A stretch of 32,000 nt of DNA, from positions 2,160,001-2,192,000 of the forward strand of contig NZ_CP042905.2 in NCBI RefSeq assembly GCF_008000775.2, written 5' to 3'. Positions within the stretch are counted from its first letter, which is position 1. Each line of letters opens with the position of its first letter. Shown here one piece after another: positions 9,128-17,816 of this stretch. Origin of the DNA: Promethearchaeum syntrophicum (GTDB taxonomy: Archaea > Asgardarchaeota > Lokiarchaeia > Sigyniarchaeales > Promethearchaeaceae). The translations under genes were made by a program, and so were the position numbers. The notes below the pieces were generated by a model. That model did no database searches, had not been told where the DNA came from, and saw nothing but the letters and a program-made list of their open reading frames with translations.

Positions 9128-9778
9128 TCATTCTAAAATATAGTGAATCATAGATTTGTATTTTCCATTTTTCAAAGCAATTAACTGCTCTTTTTCCATT
9201 TCTTCGATATATTTCAAAAGATTTTCCTGGGAGAAATTAGAATAGGTTTCGATTTCTTCTAACGCTAAAGATCCGTGTCTTAATAATATAAAAAGAATTT
9301 TTTTCTTTGGGAAATCTGATTCATGCCTGATAAACCAATCCATTGATTGTCTTATATCAATTTCAGTATTTTTAAGGCTGTTAACTTCATTGGCTAATTT
9401 GTTTAAAACCGCCTCTCTGGCTTTGAAAACAGATTGACTGGTTTTGAATAATCTCTCGATCTCCTCTAAAAGGTCATCTCCAAAGTGTTTGGAAACCACA
9501 TCGTTAATTAGACATAAAATATCCTTGAAATCTTCCGCATCTTCAAATTTATTTAAGATTAAGACCGTAACCTTTTGTAGTTCTTCGTTCCCTAAAGATA
9601 ACCCATTGAAATCTTCTTCCTTAATATTCATAATTCCGGGATTAAACGAATGACTGATTTGTAGAAGTTGCACAAAATTCACCGGAATGTCAAGATCTTT
9701 AGGATATTTTAAAGATATTATCCCACCTTCGTATTCATCCCAGTCAATTATAAATATCCCTTCAGGCATTTTGTTCAC
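9128..9778 (-). CDS. longin/roadblock-like N-terminal domain fused to C-terminal winged helix
   Basis: N-term GIFIIDWDEYEGGIISLKYP...KVTVLILNKFEDAEDFKDILCLINDVVSKHFGDD; C-term KKKILFILLRHGSLALEEIETYSNFSQENLLKYIEEMEKEQLIALKNGKY is wHTH-like. Confidence 0.55.
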   Translation of the reverse strand: MNKMPEGIFIIDWDEYEGGIISLKYPKDLDIPVNFVQLLQISHSFNPGIMNIKEEDFNGLSLGNEELQKVTVLILNKFEDAEDFKDILCLINDVVSKHFGDDLLEEIERLFKTSQSVFKAREAVLNKLANEVNSLKNTEIDIRQSMDWFIRHESDFPKKKILFILLRHGSLALEEIETYSNFSQENLLKYIEEMEKEQLIALKNGKYKSMIHYILE

Positions 9779-9978
9779 CGAAATTGTAAATAATTAATCC
9801 AATTTTTATTAAATGTATTAAATGTAAAAAAACCTAATAATATTTATATATGTAATTTTGGAAATTTTTCCATTTTTTTTTATCCAAATCTCCTTTGGGT
9901 AGTAAAATTGAATTTATACTAAGTAATTCATAAATTTAGAATTTGAAATTACAGAAATAACTATGTCGGAAAAACAAA

Positions 9979-10272
9979 ATGCCATTATATTATGTATATA
10001 TCCTAAAATGTGAGAACATTAAGAATGGAAATGTAAGTCTCTATACGGGATCAACTCAAGATTTAATGAAACGATTTGAACAACATCGAAAAGGTGTTGG
10101 TGGAGCAAAGTATACGAGAGGAAAAAAACTTGAATTGGTTTATTTTGAGACCCATTTAACAAGAAGTGACGTGATGAAGCGGGAATATGAAATAAAAAGC
10201 TACACTTCTTCAAAAAAATGGGAAATTGTAGATGAATTTCAAAAAAAAATGGAGGATTCGAAATCTAAATGA
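9979..10272 (+). CDS. GIY-YIG domain nuclease (UPF0213/YhbQ-like)
   Basis: YYVYILKCEN...LYTGSTQDLMKRFEQHRKGVGGAKYTRGKKLELVYFE, the canonical small GIY-YIG protein. Confidence 0.92.
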   Translation: MPLYYVYILKCENIKNGNVSLYTGSTQDLMKRFEQHRKGVGGAKYTRGKKLELVYFETHLTRSDVMKREYEIKSYTSSKKWEIVDEFQKKMEDSKSK

Positions 10273-11156
10273 GTTTAAATTTATTCTTAAACAACTTCAA
10301 AACCTCAAGATATTCAGTTCTAATTCTTTTAATTGGTCTCCCTGCATCGGGAAAAAGTGTAATGGCTCAAAAACTAAAGAGTGAGTTAACAAATAAGCAT
10401 GGATTGAATAAAGTTTACATAATTGACACTGATATTATCCGATTTCGTCTTTTTGGAGCAGATTTTTGCCACACTAATGAAAAATCTGTGGTAGAAGAAA
10501 AAAATAAAGAGGTTTCTGACAAATTAAATCCGGGAAACATTATAATAGTTGATGATCTTCATTATTTAACATCAATGCGACATTATTTCTACGATTTGTG
10601 CAAGAAAAAAGGTGCAATATACATTCCAATTTATCTATCCACACCCATGTCACAATGTAAAAAATGGAATAAAAAGCGTGGATTACCAATTCCTCATGAA
10701 ATTATTGAGGAAATTGCTGCTAAAATTGATATCCCGGGCAAGAAATACCAATGGGATAGAACCCAATTAAATTTTGACCTCACTTCACAAAAAATAGATG
10801 AAAATGTTGAAGAATCGCTTCAACATATTGAAGAAAAATTAAAAAACGAATTTAATGTTTCATCTAAGAATCAATTTACCTTTAAAAATCAGACTTTTAA
10901 TGACCAGAAAATTAAAGACAATTCCTCATTTGATAAGGAATCTAGGATTATTATACACAAAATAATTACAAAAGATTATTCAGATGAAATTTTAACAAAA
11001 ATCGGAAAATATATCAATTTTTCATCATCTAATTTTACAAAACAAATTTCTTCGAAAAGGAAAAAATATGTAAAATGGTTAATCGGTCAAAAATCTCCGC
11101 ATTTAACAATCGAAGAATTTATAACTTTTTTAACAGAAACAAATACAAAATATTAG
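10269..11156 (+). CDS. pstK: L-seryl-tRNA(Sec) kinase-like P-loop kinase (PSTK family)
   Basis: LLIGLPASGKSVMAQKL Walker A, IIVDDLHYLTSMRHYFYDLCKK (DD.xY.SMR motif), then IYLSTPMSQCKKWNKKRGLPIPHEIIEEIAAKIDIPGKKYQWDR. Overlaps the upstream ORF by ATGA. Confidence 0.8.
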   Translation: MSLNLFLNNFKTSRYSVLILLIGLPASGKSVMAQKLKSELTNKHGLNKVYIIDTDIIRFRLFGADFCHTNEKSVVEEKNKEVSDKLNPGNIIIVDDLHYLTSMRHYFYDLCKKKGAIYIPIYLSTPMSQCKKWNKKRGLPIPHEIIEEIAAKIDIPGKKYQWDRTQLNFDLTSQKIDENVEESLQHIEEKLKNEFNVSSKNQFTFKNQTFNDQKIKDNSSFDKESRIIIHKIITKDYSDEILTKIGKYINFSSSNFTKQISSKRKKYVKWLIGQKSPHLTIEEFITFLTETNTKY

Positions 11157-11196
11157 ACAAAAAATTTTAATTCATAACCTCTTCTAAATTATTGAT

Positions 11197-13509
11197 ATGG
11201 CAATAGGTGATATGGCTCCAACTGACGATGAAAGGAAGATTAAGTCTCTAAGGGTTTCGGAAATAGCAAAAGGTTCTGCAGGAAGATTCATGTGCAGAAT
11301 GAATATTGATATAATTAAAGAATTAGAACTTAAACCTGGTGAAATTGTCGAGATCATTGGAAAACGGAATACTGCTGCGATTTTATTTCCTTCTTCAGAT
11401 AAATCGGATGAGATAATTCGGTTGGATGGATTAACAAGACGTAATGCTGGTGTAGCTATTGGAGAATATGTTAAAGTTCGAAAATGTTATTATTCAGTTG
11501 CGAATAAGGTAGTTCTGAGTTTTATCCAATCGGATCTAAAAATTTCTTCAGAAAACCAAATTAAATTAAATTTACTAAATAAACCCTTAAAAGAAGGGGA
11601 AATTATTAATGTTTCTGGCTCTAATTTAGCAAAGAAAGAACAAGCAGGACCTTACAAGGATTTAAAGGAGATGATGCCTTTTTTAAAATCTCCCACAGTT
11701 TCAATCGGGGAAGTCCAGTTTGCTGTAGTTGATACTGAGCCAAAGGGGATAGTTCAAATCCAAAATTCTACTAATATTGAAATTAAAGAGGGATTTGTGG
11801 CAATTAATACTATGGGTAATATCACCACATATGATGATATAGGGGGATTATCGGATGTAATACAAAGAGTACGGGAAATGATTGAATTACCTCTAAAACA
11901 TCCTGAACTCTTTCAACGCGTTAATATCGATCCTCCTAAAGGTGTTTTACTTCACGGTCCTCCTGGAACAGGAAAAACTTTATTGGCTAGAGCTGTTTCC
12001 CAAGAAGCAAATGCAACGTTTATCACCATAAACGGACCAGAAATTATGAGTAAGTTTTATGGTGCTTCTGAAGAACGTTTACGTAAAATCTTCAAAGAAG
12101 CAGAAACTAAAGCACCTTCAATAATTTTCATTGATGAACTCGATTCTATCGCTCCAAAAAGAGAAAATGTTTCTGGAGAAGTAGAAAGAAGGGTTGTAGC
12201 TCAATTATTAGCCCTTTTAGATGGACTTAAAGGGCGTGGGAGAATAATTGTAATTGGAGCGACTAATAGGATCAATTCTATTGATGAAGCATTAAGAAGA
12301 CCAGGACGATTTGATAGAGAAATTGAATTGCAGGTACCAGATGCTGATGGAAGAAAAGAAATTTTGCAGATACATACACGAGGGATGCCTTTAGATGATA
12401 CCGTAGATTTGGACGAATATGCAAGGCTCTCTCATGGATTTGTTGGGGCTGATTTGATGGCTGTTGCACGTGAAGGTGCGATGTCGTCTCTGAGAAAAAT
12501 TCTTCCTAAGATAGATTTAGATAAACCAATACCTACAGAAATTTTAGATAATTTAGTCATCAACGACGACGATTTCCAAAATGCATTGAGAATGGTTGAA
12601 CCAAGTGCTATGCGCGAAGTTTTAATTGAAATTCCAAACATAGCATGGGATGATGTTGGGGGTTTAAATGAAGTTAAGCAAGAATTACAAGAATCTATTG
12701 AATGGCCCTTAATTTATCCCCACTTATACAAAAAAGCGGGGATTCGTTCCGTAAATGGTGTTCTTCTATTTGGCCCACCTGGTTGTGGGAAAACTCTACT
12801 GGCAAAAGCAGTTGCAACTGAATCAGAAATAAACTTTTTGGCTATAAAAGGACCAGAAATCTTCTCAAAATGGGTAGGGGAAAGTGAAAAAGCCATAAGA
12901 GACATCTTCAGAAAAGCGAGACTCGCAGCGCCTTCTATTATTTATTTCGATGAGCTTGATGCCATTGCTGCCACTAGAGGCGGCGGTATGGGAAATATGA
13001 GCGGTTCTAATGTAGGTATGCAAGTTGTAAATCAAATTCTTGTAGAAATGGACGGTGTTGAGGATCGCAAGGGAGTAATAATTGTAGCTAGTACAAATCG
13101 TCCCGATATTCTTGATCCTGCTTTATTACGTCCAGGTCGTTTTGATCGCATAGTTTACGTTCCCTCTCCAGACGCGAAAGGTCGAAAGAAGATATTAGAG
13201 GTTCATACCAAAGATATGCCAATTTCTGAAGATGTGAAATTAAATTTTTCTGATTTTGCAGAGCAATCTGAGGGTTATAGTGGTGCAGACCTTGAGAACG
13301 TAGTACGTGAGGCAGGTATGCAAGCAATTCGTGAACAATTAGAAGATTTTAAAGAGGTACAATTATCTAATTTTGAGTTTGCTTTTAAAAAAATACCTCC
13401 TTCATTAACTCCAAAGTTAATTCAAAAATATAACGAGATTGCGGATAAGCTTTCTCAACAGAAAATACGTACAATTGCATCTCTAAAAGATCCAGGATTA
13501 TTTACGTGA
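11197..13509 (+). CDS. cdc48: CDC48/VCP/p97-family AAA+ ATPase with two AAA domains
   Basis: N-domain plus two AAA modules: [23 protein letters not shown] and [24 protein letters not shown], each followed by sensor/arginine-finger regions ([11 protein letters not shown]; [11 protein letters not shown]). Confidence 0.97.
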   Translation: MAIGDMAPTDDERKIKSLRVSEIAKGSAGRFMCRMNIDIIKELELKPGEIVEIIGKRNTAAILFPSSDKSDEIIRLDGLTRRNAGVAIGEYVKVRKCYYSVANKVVLSFIQSDLKISSENQIKLNLLNKPLKEGEIINVSGSNLAKKEQAGPYKDLKEMMPFLKSPTVSIGEVQFAVVDTEPKGIVQIQNSTNIEIKEGFVAINTMGNITTYDDIGGLSDVIQRVREMIELPLKHPELFQRVNIDPPKGVLLHGPPGTGKTLLARAVSQEANATFITINGPEIMSKFYGASEERLRKIFKEAETKAPSIIFIDELDSIAPKRENVSGEVERRVVAQLLALLDGLKGRGRIIVIGATNRINSIDEALRRPGRFDREIELQVPDADGRKEILQIHTRGMPLDDTVDLDEYARLSHGFVGADLMAVAREGAMSSLRKILPKIDLDKPIPTEILDNLVINDDDFQNALRMVEPSAMREVLIEIPNIAWDDVGGLNEVKQELQESIEWPLIYPHLYKKAGIRSVNGVLLFGPPGCGKTLLAKAVATESEINFLAIKGPEIFSKWVGESEKAIRDIFRKARLAAPSIIYFDELDAIAATRGGGMGNMSGSNVGMQVVNQILVEMDGVEDRKGVIIVASTNRPDILDPALLRPGRFDRIVYVPSPDAKGRKKILEVHTKDMPISEDVKLNFSDFAEQSEGYSGADLENVVREAGMQAIREQLEDFKEVQLSNFEFAFKKIPPSLTPKLIQKYNEIADKLSQQKIRTIASLKDPGLFT

Positions 13510-13528
13510 AACAAATTTATACCTTTCA

Positions 13529-13537
13529 TTTTTTTTT
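13529..13537 (+). terminator. poly-T terminator after cdc48
   Basis: Run of 9 T about 20 nt after the stop codon. Confidence 0.45.
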
Positions 13538-13577
13538 CTTTCATTAAGTCCAAAAATATCATTACATTAATTTAAAT

Positions 13578-14456
13578 GTGAATTATTCAAACAAATGGAC
13601 GGATCGTATTCTACTCGCCATTCAAAAGGCTTATCTAGAGGTAAAAGCATTAATTGGAACAAAAGAGGGAAATCAAAAGCACACGATAGGAGCTGGTGGA
13701 GATCTCACTCTTGAAATCGATAAAAGAGCAGAAAATTTAATAATTCAAACATTGGAATCATATAATGAGCCATTAGTATTTGTTTCGGAAGAGATTGGAA
13801 AATTTTACTGGGATCCTGTAGCAAAGCAACGTTTTTTTAAGTTTGAATCCAAAATTTGTTCTGATTATGTTATAATAGACCCAATTGATGGTTCTACCAA
13901 TGCAAAACGCGGAATTCCATTTTCTTGCATATCCGTTGCTTTTGCAGATGGGCCTACCTTAAATGATATTCAAGTTGGAGCTGTTTTTAATATCGGAACA
14001 GAAGATTTGTTTATAGCGGAAAAAAATATGGGCGCTTTTTTGAATAATAAAGCAATCCAATGTTCTCAAACAAAGAAGTTGGCTAGTAGCGTTGGTGGAA
14101 CAGATATACATATCAGAGATTTTTGTGAACCAAAGATAGAGGAGAAAAATATAATTCTAAAATATGCAAGGAAAGTTCGAATTATGGGATCTAGTGCATT
14201 AGAAATTTGCTTAGTAGCTGATGGATCTTTAGATTTTTATATAGATTTCCGTGGTATTTCAAGGATATGTGATTTTGCTGCAGCCTATTTAATCGTTAAA
14301 GAAGCGGGAGGATTTATTATCAATGATAAGGGCCGAGCTATATCTAAATCAACCAATAAATTTTCCATAGACAAAAGATATAATCTTCTTGTGGGATGCC
14401 CAGGATTAAAAGTAATTATGAAAAAAAAATTATTTCCCGATAAGTATAACCGCTAA
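13578..14456 (+). CDS. inositol monophosphatase / archaeal FBPase family phosphatase
   Basis: VFVSEEIGKF, DYVIIDPIDGSTNAKRGIPF metal-binding motif, IMGSSALEICLVADGSLDFYIDFRG...ICDFAAAYLIVKEAGG. Confidence 0.9.
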   Translation: MNYSNKWTDRILLAIQKAYLEVKALIGTKEGNQKHTIGAGGDLTLEIDKRAENLIIQTLESYNEPLVFVSEEIGKFYWDPVAKQRFFKFESKICSDYVIIDPIDGSTNAKRGIPFSCISVAFADGPTLNDIQVGAVFNIGTEDLFIAEKNMGAFLNNKAIQCSQTKKLASSVGGTDIHIRDFCEPKIEEKNIILKYARKVRIMGSSALEICLVADGSLDFYIDFRGISRICDFAAAYLIVKEAGGFIINDKGRAISKSTNKFSIDKRYNLLVGCPGLKVIMKKKLFPDKYNR

Positions 14457-14564
14457 AATGGTTGAAATGACCATTATTAATAAAACAGTAAATCCTATCC
14501 ATTGTTTCCTTTCTTGATTTTGGTGAGATCTCCTTTTTTTTCTTCGAGGTGGCATTTTTTTCAA

Positions 14565-15305
14565 TCACGCCTTAAAAGGAGTTCCGGCATTTAATTCATA
14601 AATTTTACTTTCCTCTTCATTTTGGAGCTTGATTTCTTCAGGAGTTAATTTCCGAATTAATTCAGTTAATACTACCCGATTATAACTTATCAATATTCTT
14701 GGGATTAAGTCTTTAGCTAAATATGTTCCATCTGGGATCGATTCTTTTAGTCGATAAAGTTTGCGCTCTTTGATAATCTGACCAAGATATTCCTTATGAG
14801 TCTCTAAATAGCCATAAATATTATTTCCGTCGATTACCATCTCACGCTTATATCCATCTGGAAGACTTATTTTTTCGAGTAAAAGAACAATTTTTTCAAG
14901 GGTTAAGTTCTTTAAGAGTTTATCATCTTCAGCCGTTCCTTCATATGCTGGACCTGTCTGTTCTTCTTCAAAAATTTCTTCTTTTTCGAGACCTACCATT
15001 ATTTTAAATGGCAGAGTTTCATCATTTTGATCTACAGTATTTATTTTAATTGCTGGTCCAATCCTATCTCGGATAGAACTTGCCTTATTAGCTGCTATGA
15101 ACTTCATCCTGGTGGAAGCTTCGCTACCAGCCCATATAAATGATCGATAGGTTTCTGCATTGACAAAATAAAGGATAAGTTTTGGGTTAAGGATTTCGTA
15201 GAGTTTGACGCCTTCTTCGAGTTCCAGTTCTTCAAATTCGGCTTTTTCATCGTTTAATTGAAAAACTTGAATGGGATTTTTTTTTTCTTTGGTCATGGAA
15301 ATCAT
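14565..15305 (-). CDS. protein with N-terminal gelsolin-like domain
   Basis: LYFVNAETYRSFIWAGSEASTRMKFIAANKASSIRDRIGPAIKINTVDQNDETLPFKIMVG matches the gelsolin-repeat pattern; C-terminal ~150 aa unassigned. Confidence 0.5.
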   Translation of the reverse strand: MISMTKEKKNPIQVFQLNDEKAEFEELELEEGVKLYEILNPKLILYFVNAETYRSFIWAGSEASTRMKFIAANKASSIRDRIGPAIKINTVDQNDETLPFKIMVGLEKEEIFEEEQTGPAYEGTAEDDKLLKNLTLEKIVLLLEKISLPDGYKREMVIDGNNIYGYLETHKEYLGQIIKERKLYRLKESIPDGTYLAKDLIPRILISYNRVVLTELIRKLTPEEIKLQNEEESKIYELNAGTPFKA

Positions 15306-15391
15306 TCAGAAATTTTTATAGAAATCTTGAGTATAAATTAGAATAGCATTTTAGATTTAAAAATTTTAAAAACTCTTATTTTTTAATGAAT

Positions 15392-15500
15392 GCGGGGAGA
15401 GGGATTTGAACTCTCGCGGCTCTACGCACTGGATTTCTCATCATCTTGATAAGATTGATTCTGAGTCCAGCATCGTGGACCAGACTTGATTATCCCCGCT
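15392..15500 (-). tRNA. tRNA-Leu(CAG) with 25-nt intron
   Basis: Read on the minus strand: acceptor GCGGGGA/TCCCCGC plus discriminator A; anticodon arm CTGGA-CTCAGA-[intron]-A-TCCAG; extended variable arm T-GCG-TAGAGC-CGC (type II); T arm GAGAG-TTCAAAT-CCCTC. No encoded CCA. Confidence 0.92.
15436..15460 (-). other. tRNA intron at canonical position 37/38 with BHB splicing motif
   Basis: Intron ATCAATCTTATCAAGATGATGAGAA; central 4-bp helix CTCA/TGAG flanked by 3-nt bulges GA^A and AA^A; outer helix CTGGA/TCCAG; intron hairpin ATCTT-ATC-AAGAT. Confidence 0.9.
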
Positions 15501-15524
15501 GATTTAAATTGTATGAAGGTTTTA

Positions 15525-15535
15525 CTTATAAAAAA
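15525..15535 (-). promoter_or_regulatory. TATA box for tRNA-Leu
   Basis: Minus-strand TTTTTATAAG at about 25-35 nt upstream of the tRNA 5' end. Confidence 0.5.
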
Positions 15536-15568
15536 TTTTTCTATAAGGAATTAACCACTACTTTCGGG

Positions 15569-15586
15569 GTGGGTTAAAAAACCCAC
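15569..15586. promoter_or_regulatory. perfect inverted repeat GTGGGTT-AAAA-AACCCAC, candidate operator
   Basis: 7-bp arms, 4-nt spacer, immediately upstream of the TATA-like AATTATAAAACC (about 15597-15608) of the beta-eliminating lyase gene. Confidence 0.5.
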
Positions 15587-15629
15587 TATAATTGGCTAAT
15601 TATAAAACCTTTTTAAAGAAATTAGCTTA

Positions 15630-17027
15630 ATGCTAAATACTATGAAGAGAAAGTTAATCGATCTTATCGAACCATTTAAAATTAAAGTGATTGAACCCGT
15701 TAGATTAGTTTCAGAAGAAAGAAGAAAACAAGCTATTAAAGAAGCGGGATATAACACATTTTTACTATTATCTGAAGATGTTTTTATTGATCTCTTGACT
15801 GATTCGGGTACTTCTGCAATGTCCGACAACCAATGGGCTGGAATGATGCTCGGTGATGAGGCTTACGCTGGGTCTAAAAACTTTTATCATCTTGAGAAAG
15901 CTATTCAAGATGTATTAGGATATAAATATGTTACTCCAACCCACCAAGGGCGAGGAGCTGAACATTTGATGTCTCAAGCTTTAATTTCAGAAGGGCAAAT
16001 CGTTCCAAGAAATATGTATTTTACAACCTCAAAATTACATGTTAATATTGCAGGAGGAGTAATGCCAGATGTAATTATTGATGAAGCGCATGATCCTGAA
16101 AACGAATTTGAGTTTAAAGGAAATGTTGATTTATTAAAATTACAAAAGGTTATTGATGAAAATGGACCAGAAAAGATTGCTTATGTGAACGTTGAGATGA
16201 ATGTTAACATGGCTGGTGGTCAACCAGTCTCAATGGCTAATTTAAGAGCAGTAAAGAAATTATGTGATCAATATAAAATTAAAGTCATTTTTGACGCAAC
16301 ACGATCCAGTGAGAATGCATATTTTATAAAAACTCGGGAAAAAGAATATGCAGATGTTCCAATTATAGATATATTGAATGAAATGATGAGTTATTCTGAT
16401 GGATGTATTTATAGTTCAAAGAAAGATTGCTTAGTTAATATTGGTGGTTTTCTCGCGACTCATGATAAAGAGATATTTGAAAAAACTCGTAGTATGGTTG
16501 TAGTTTATGAGGGGCTTCATACATATGGTGGTATGGCTGGTAGAGATATGGAAGCAGTTGCACGAGGATTACGAGAAAGCACACAGGTATCGTATTTAAA
16601 ATACAGAACTAACCAAGTTAAATTATTAGGTGATTTACTCATTGAAGGAGGGGTTCCAATTGTTCGACCCCCAGGTGGTCATGCGATATTTCTTAATGCT
16701 TTGAAGTTTCTCCCTCATCTTACACGTGAACAGTGGCCTGCTCAAACATTATCTGCTGCAATATACGAAGCATCTGGAGTTAGAAGCATGGAACGAGGTG
16801 CAATTAGCAAAGGTCGGGATAAAGATGGAAACAATATATTCCCAAATTTGGAATTAGTTAGACTTACAATCCCAAGAAGGGTATATACTAACACTCATAT
16901 AGAATATGCCGCAGAATGTATAATAGATCTTTACAAAAGAAGACACGAAATTCCTGGATTGAAAATGGTGTTCGAACCAGAATATCTCAGATTCTTCCAA
17001 GCTACTTTTGAACAATTACCTTTATAA
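15630..17027 (+). CDS. tyrosine phenol-lyase / tryptophanase family PLP beta-eliminating lyase, TPL-like
   Basis: FIDLLTDSGTSAMSDNQWAGMMLGDEAYAGSKNFYHLE, PTHQGRGAEHL, YSSKKDCLVNIGG (PLP Lys), GVRSMERGAISKGR (TPL-like Arg), LRLTIPRRVYT-type C-terminal motif. A second ATG at 15642 may be the true start. Confidence 0.92.
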   Translation: MLNTMKRKLIDLIEPFKIKVIEPVRLVSEERRKQAIKEAGYNTFLLLSEDVFIDLLTDSGTSAMSDNQWAGMMLGDEAYAGSKNFYHLEKAIQDVLGYKYVTPTHQGRGAEHLMSQALISEGQIVPRNMYFTTSKLHVNIAGGVMPDVIIDEAHDPENEFEFKGNVDLLKLQKVIDENGPEKIAYVNVEMNVNMAGGQPVSMANLRAVKKLCDQYKIKVIFDATRSSENAYFIKTREKEYADVPIIDILNEMMSYSDGCIYSSKKDCLVNIGGFLATHDKEIFEKTRSMVVVYEGLHTYGGMAGRDMEAVARGLRESTQVSYLKYRTNQVKLLGDLLIEGGVPIVRPPGGHAIFLNALKFLPHLTREQWPAQTLSAAIYEASGVRSMERGAISKGRDKDGNNIFPNLELVRLTIPRRVYTNTHIEYAAECIIDLYKRRHEIPGLKMVFEPEYLRFFQATFEQLPL

Positions 17028-17031
17028 AATC

Positions 17032-17043
17032 TTTTTTTTTTTT
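17032..17043 (+). terminator. poly-T terminator after TPL-like gene
   Basis: Run of 12 T starting 4 nt after the stop codon. Confidence 0.55.
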
Positions 17044-17186
17044 ATCTCTTACGATATCATTAAAGTGGGTTTTTCATCCCCGTTTCTTAAAATTTATAGG
17101 CAATTCAGTTAATATTGTCCTCAAGGAAAGGTGTTTTTTACATACTATTCATAACTTGAGTTTTAATTATATAAAAAAGAAACCAG

Positions 17187-17816
17187 TTGAAAATTATGAA
17201 CATTGATAAATTTAATATATTAAGCGTAGGTGTAGGAGGACAAGGGGTAATCCGAGTAACTCAAATACTCGCTTCTGCTGCCCTACTAGACGATTATCAT
17301 GTGAGGACTGCTGAAACGCATGGTATGGCGCAACGAGGAGGTTCAGTTTCAGGTTATTTACGATTTGGTGAACATGTTGATGGTCCTTTAATTCCTGCGG
17401 GATTAGCAGATATTATAATTGCATTAGAACCTCTTGAAGCAGTTCGGAATATGAAATATGTAGGGAAAAAATCAATAATTTTACTTAACGATAAGCAAAT
17501 TTTACCACTTTCAATTTATCAATCAAAAAAGATTGTTTATCCAAAATTTGATGAGATACTAGCGAATTTAAAGAAGATAACCACTAATGTTTTTTTCATA
17601 AAAGCCACAGAATTAGCAGAAAAGGCAGGGAATGCTAAAACGTCAAATGTAATTATGTTAGGGGTAATCTTTGGAACAGGAATTTTACCTCTTTCAAAAG
17701 AAAATCTTGAAAAATCTATTTTAAAATATGTTCCTTCAAAAGCTATTGAAGTCAATAAAATAGCATTCAATATCGGAATAGAAGAAGGTCAAAAAATGAG
17801 GAGTGAATTAAATTGA
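17187..17816 (+). CDS. iorB: indolepyruvate ferredoxin oxidoreductase, beta subunit
   Basis: FNILSVGVGGQGVIRVTQILASAALLDDYHVRTAETHGMAQRGGSVSGYLRFG. The ORF opens with TTG; ATG at 17196 is the likely start. Confidence 0.93.
   Translation: MKIMNIDKFNILSVGVGGQGVIRVTQILASAALLDDYHVRTAETHGMAQRGGSVSGYLRFGEHVDGPLIPAGLADIIIALEPLEAVRNMKYVGKKSIILLNDKQILPLSIYQSKKIVYPKFDEILANLKKITTNVFFIKATELAEKAGNAKTSNVIMLGVIFGTGILPLSKENLEKSILKYVPSKAIEVNKIAFNIGIEEGQKMRSELN

Noticed and set aside
11197-13509. Several minus-strand ORFs inside cdc48 (12278..12469, 12432..12641, 12714..12905, 13088..13327)
   Set aside because: Shadow ORFs opposite a highly conserved AAA ATPase.
15436-15460. GATGATGA in the tRNA intron as a box C of a C/D sRNA
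   Set aside because: The intron is only 25 nt with no D box; the sequence is explained by the BHB helix.
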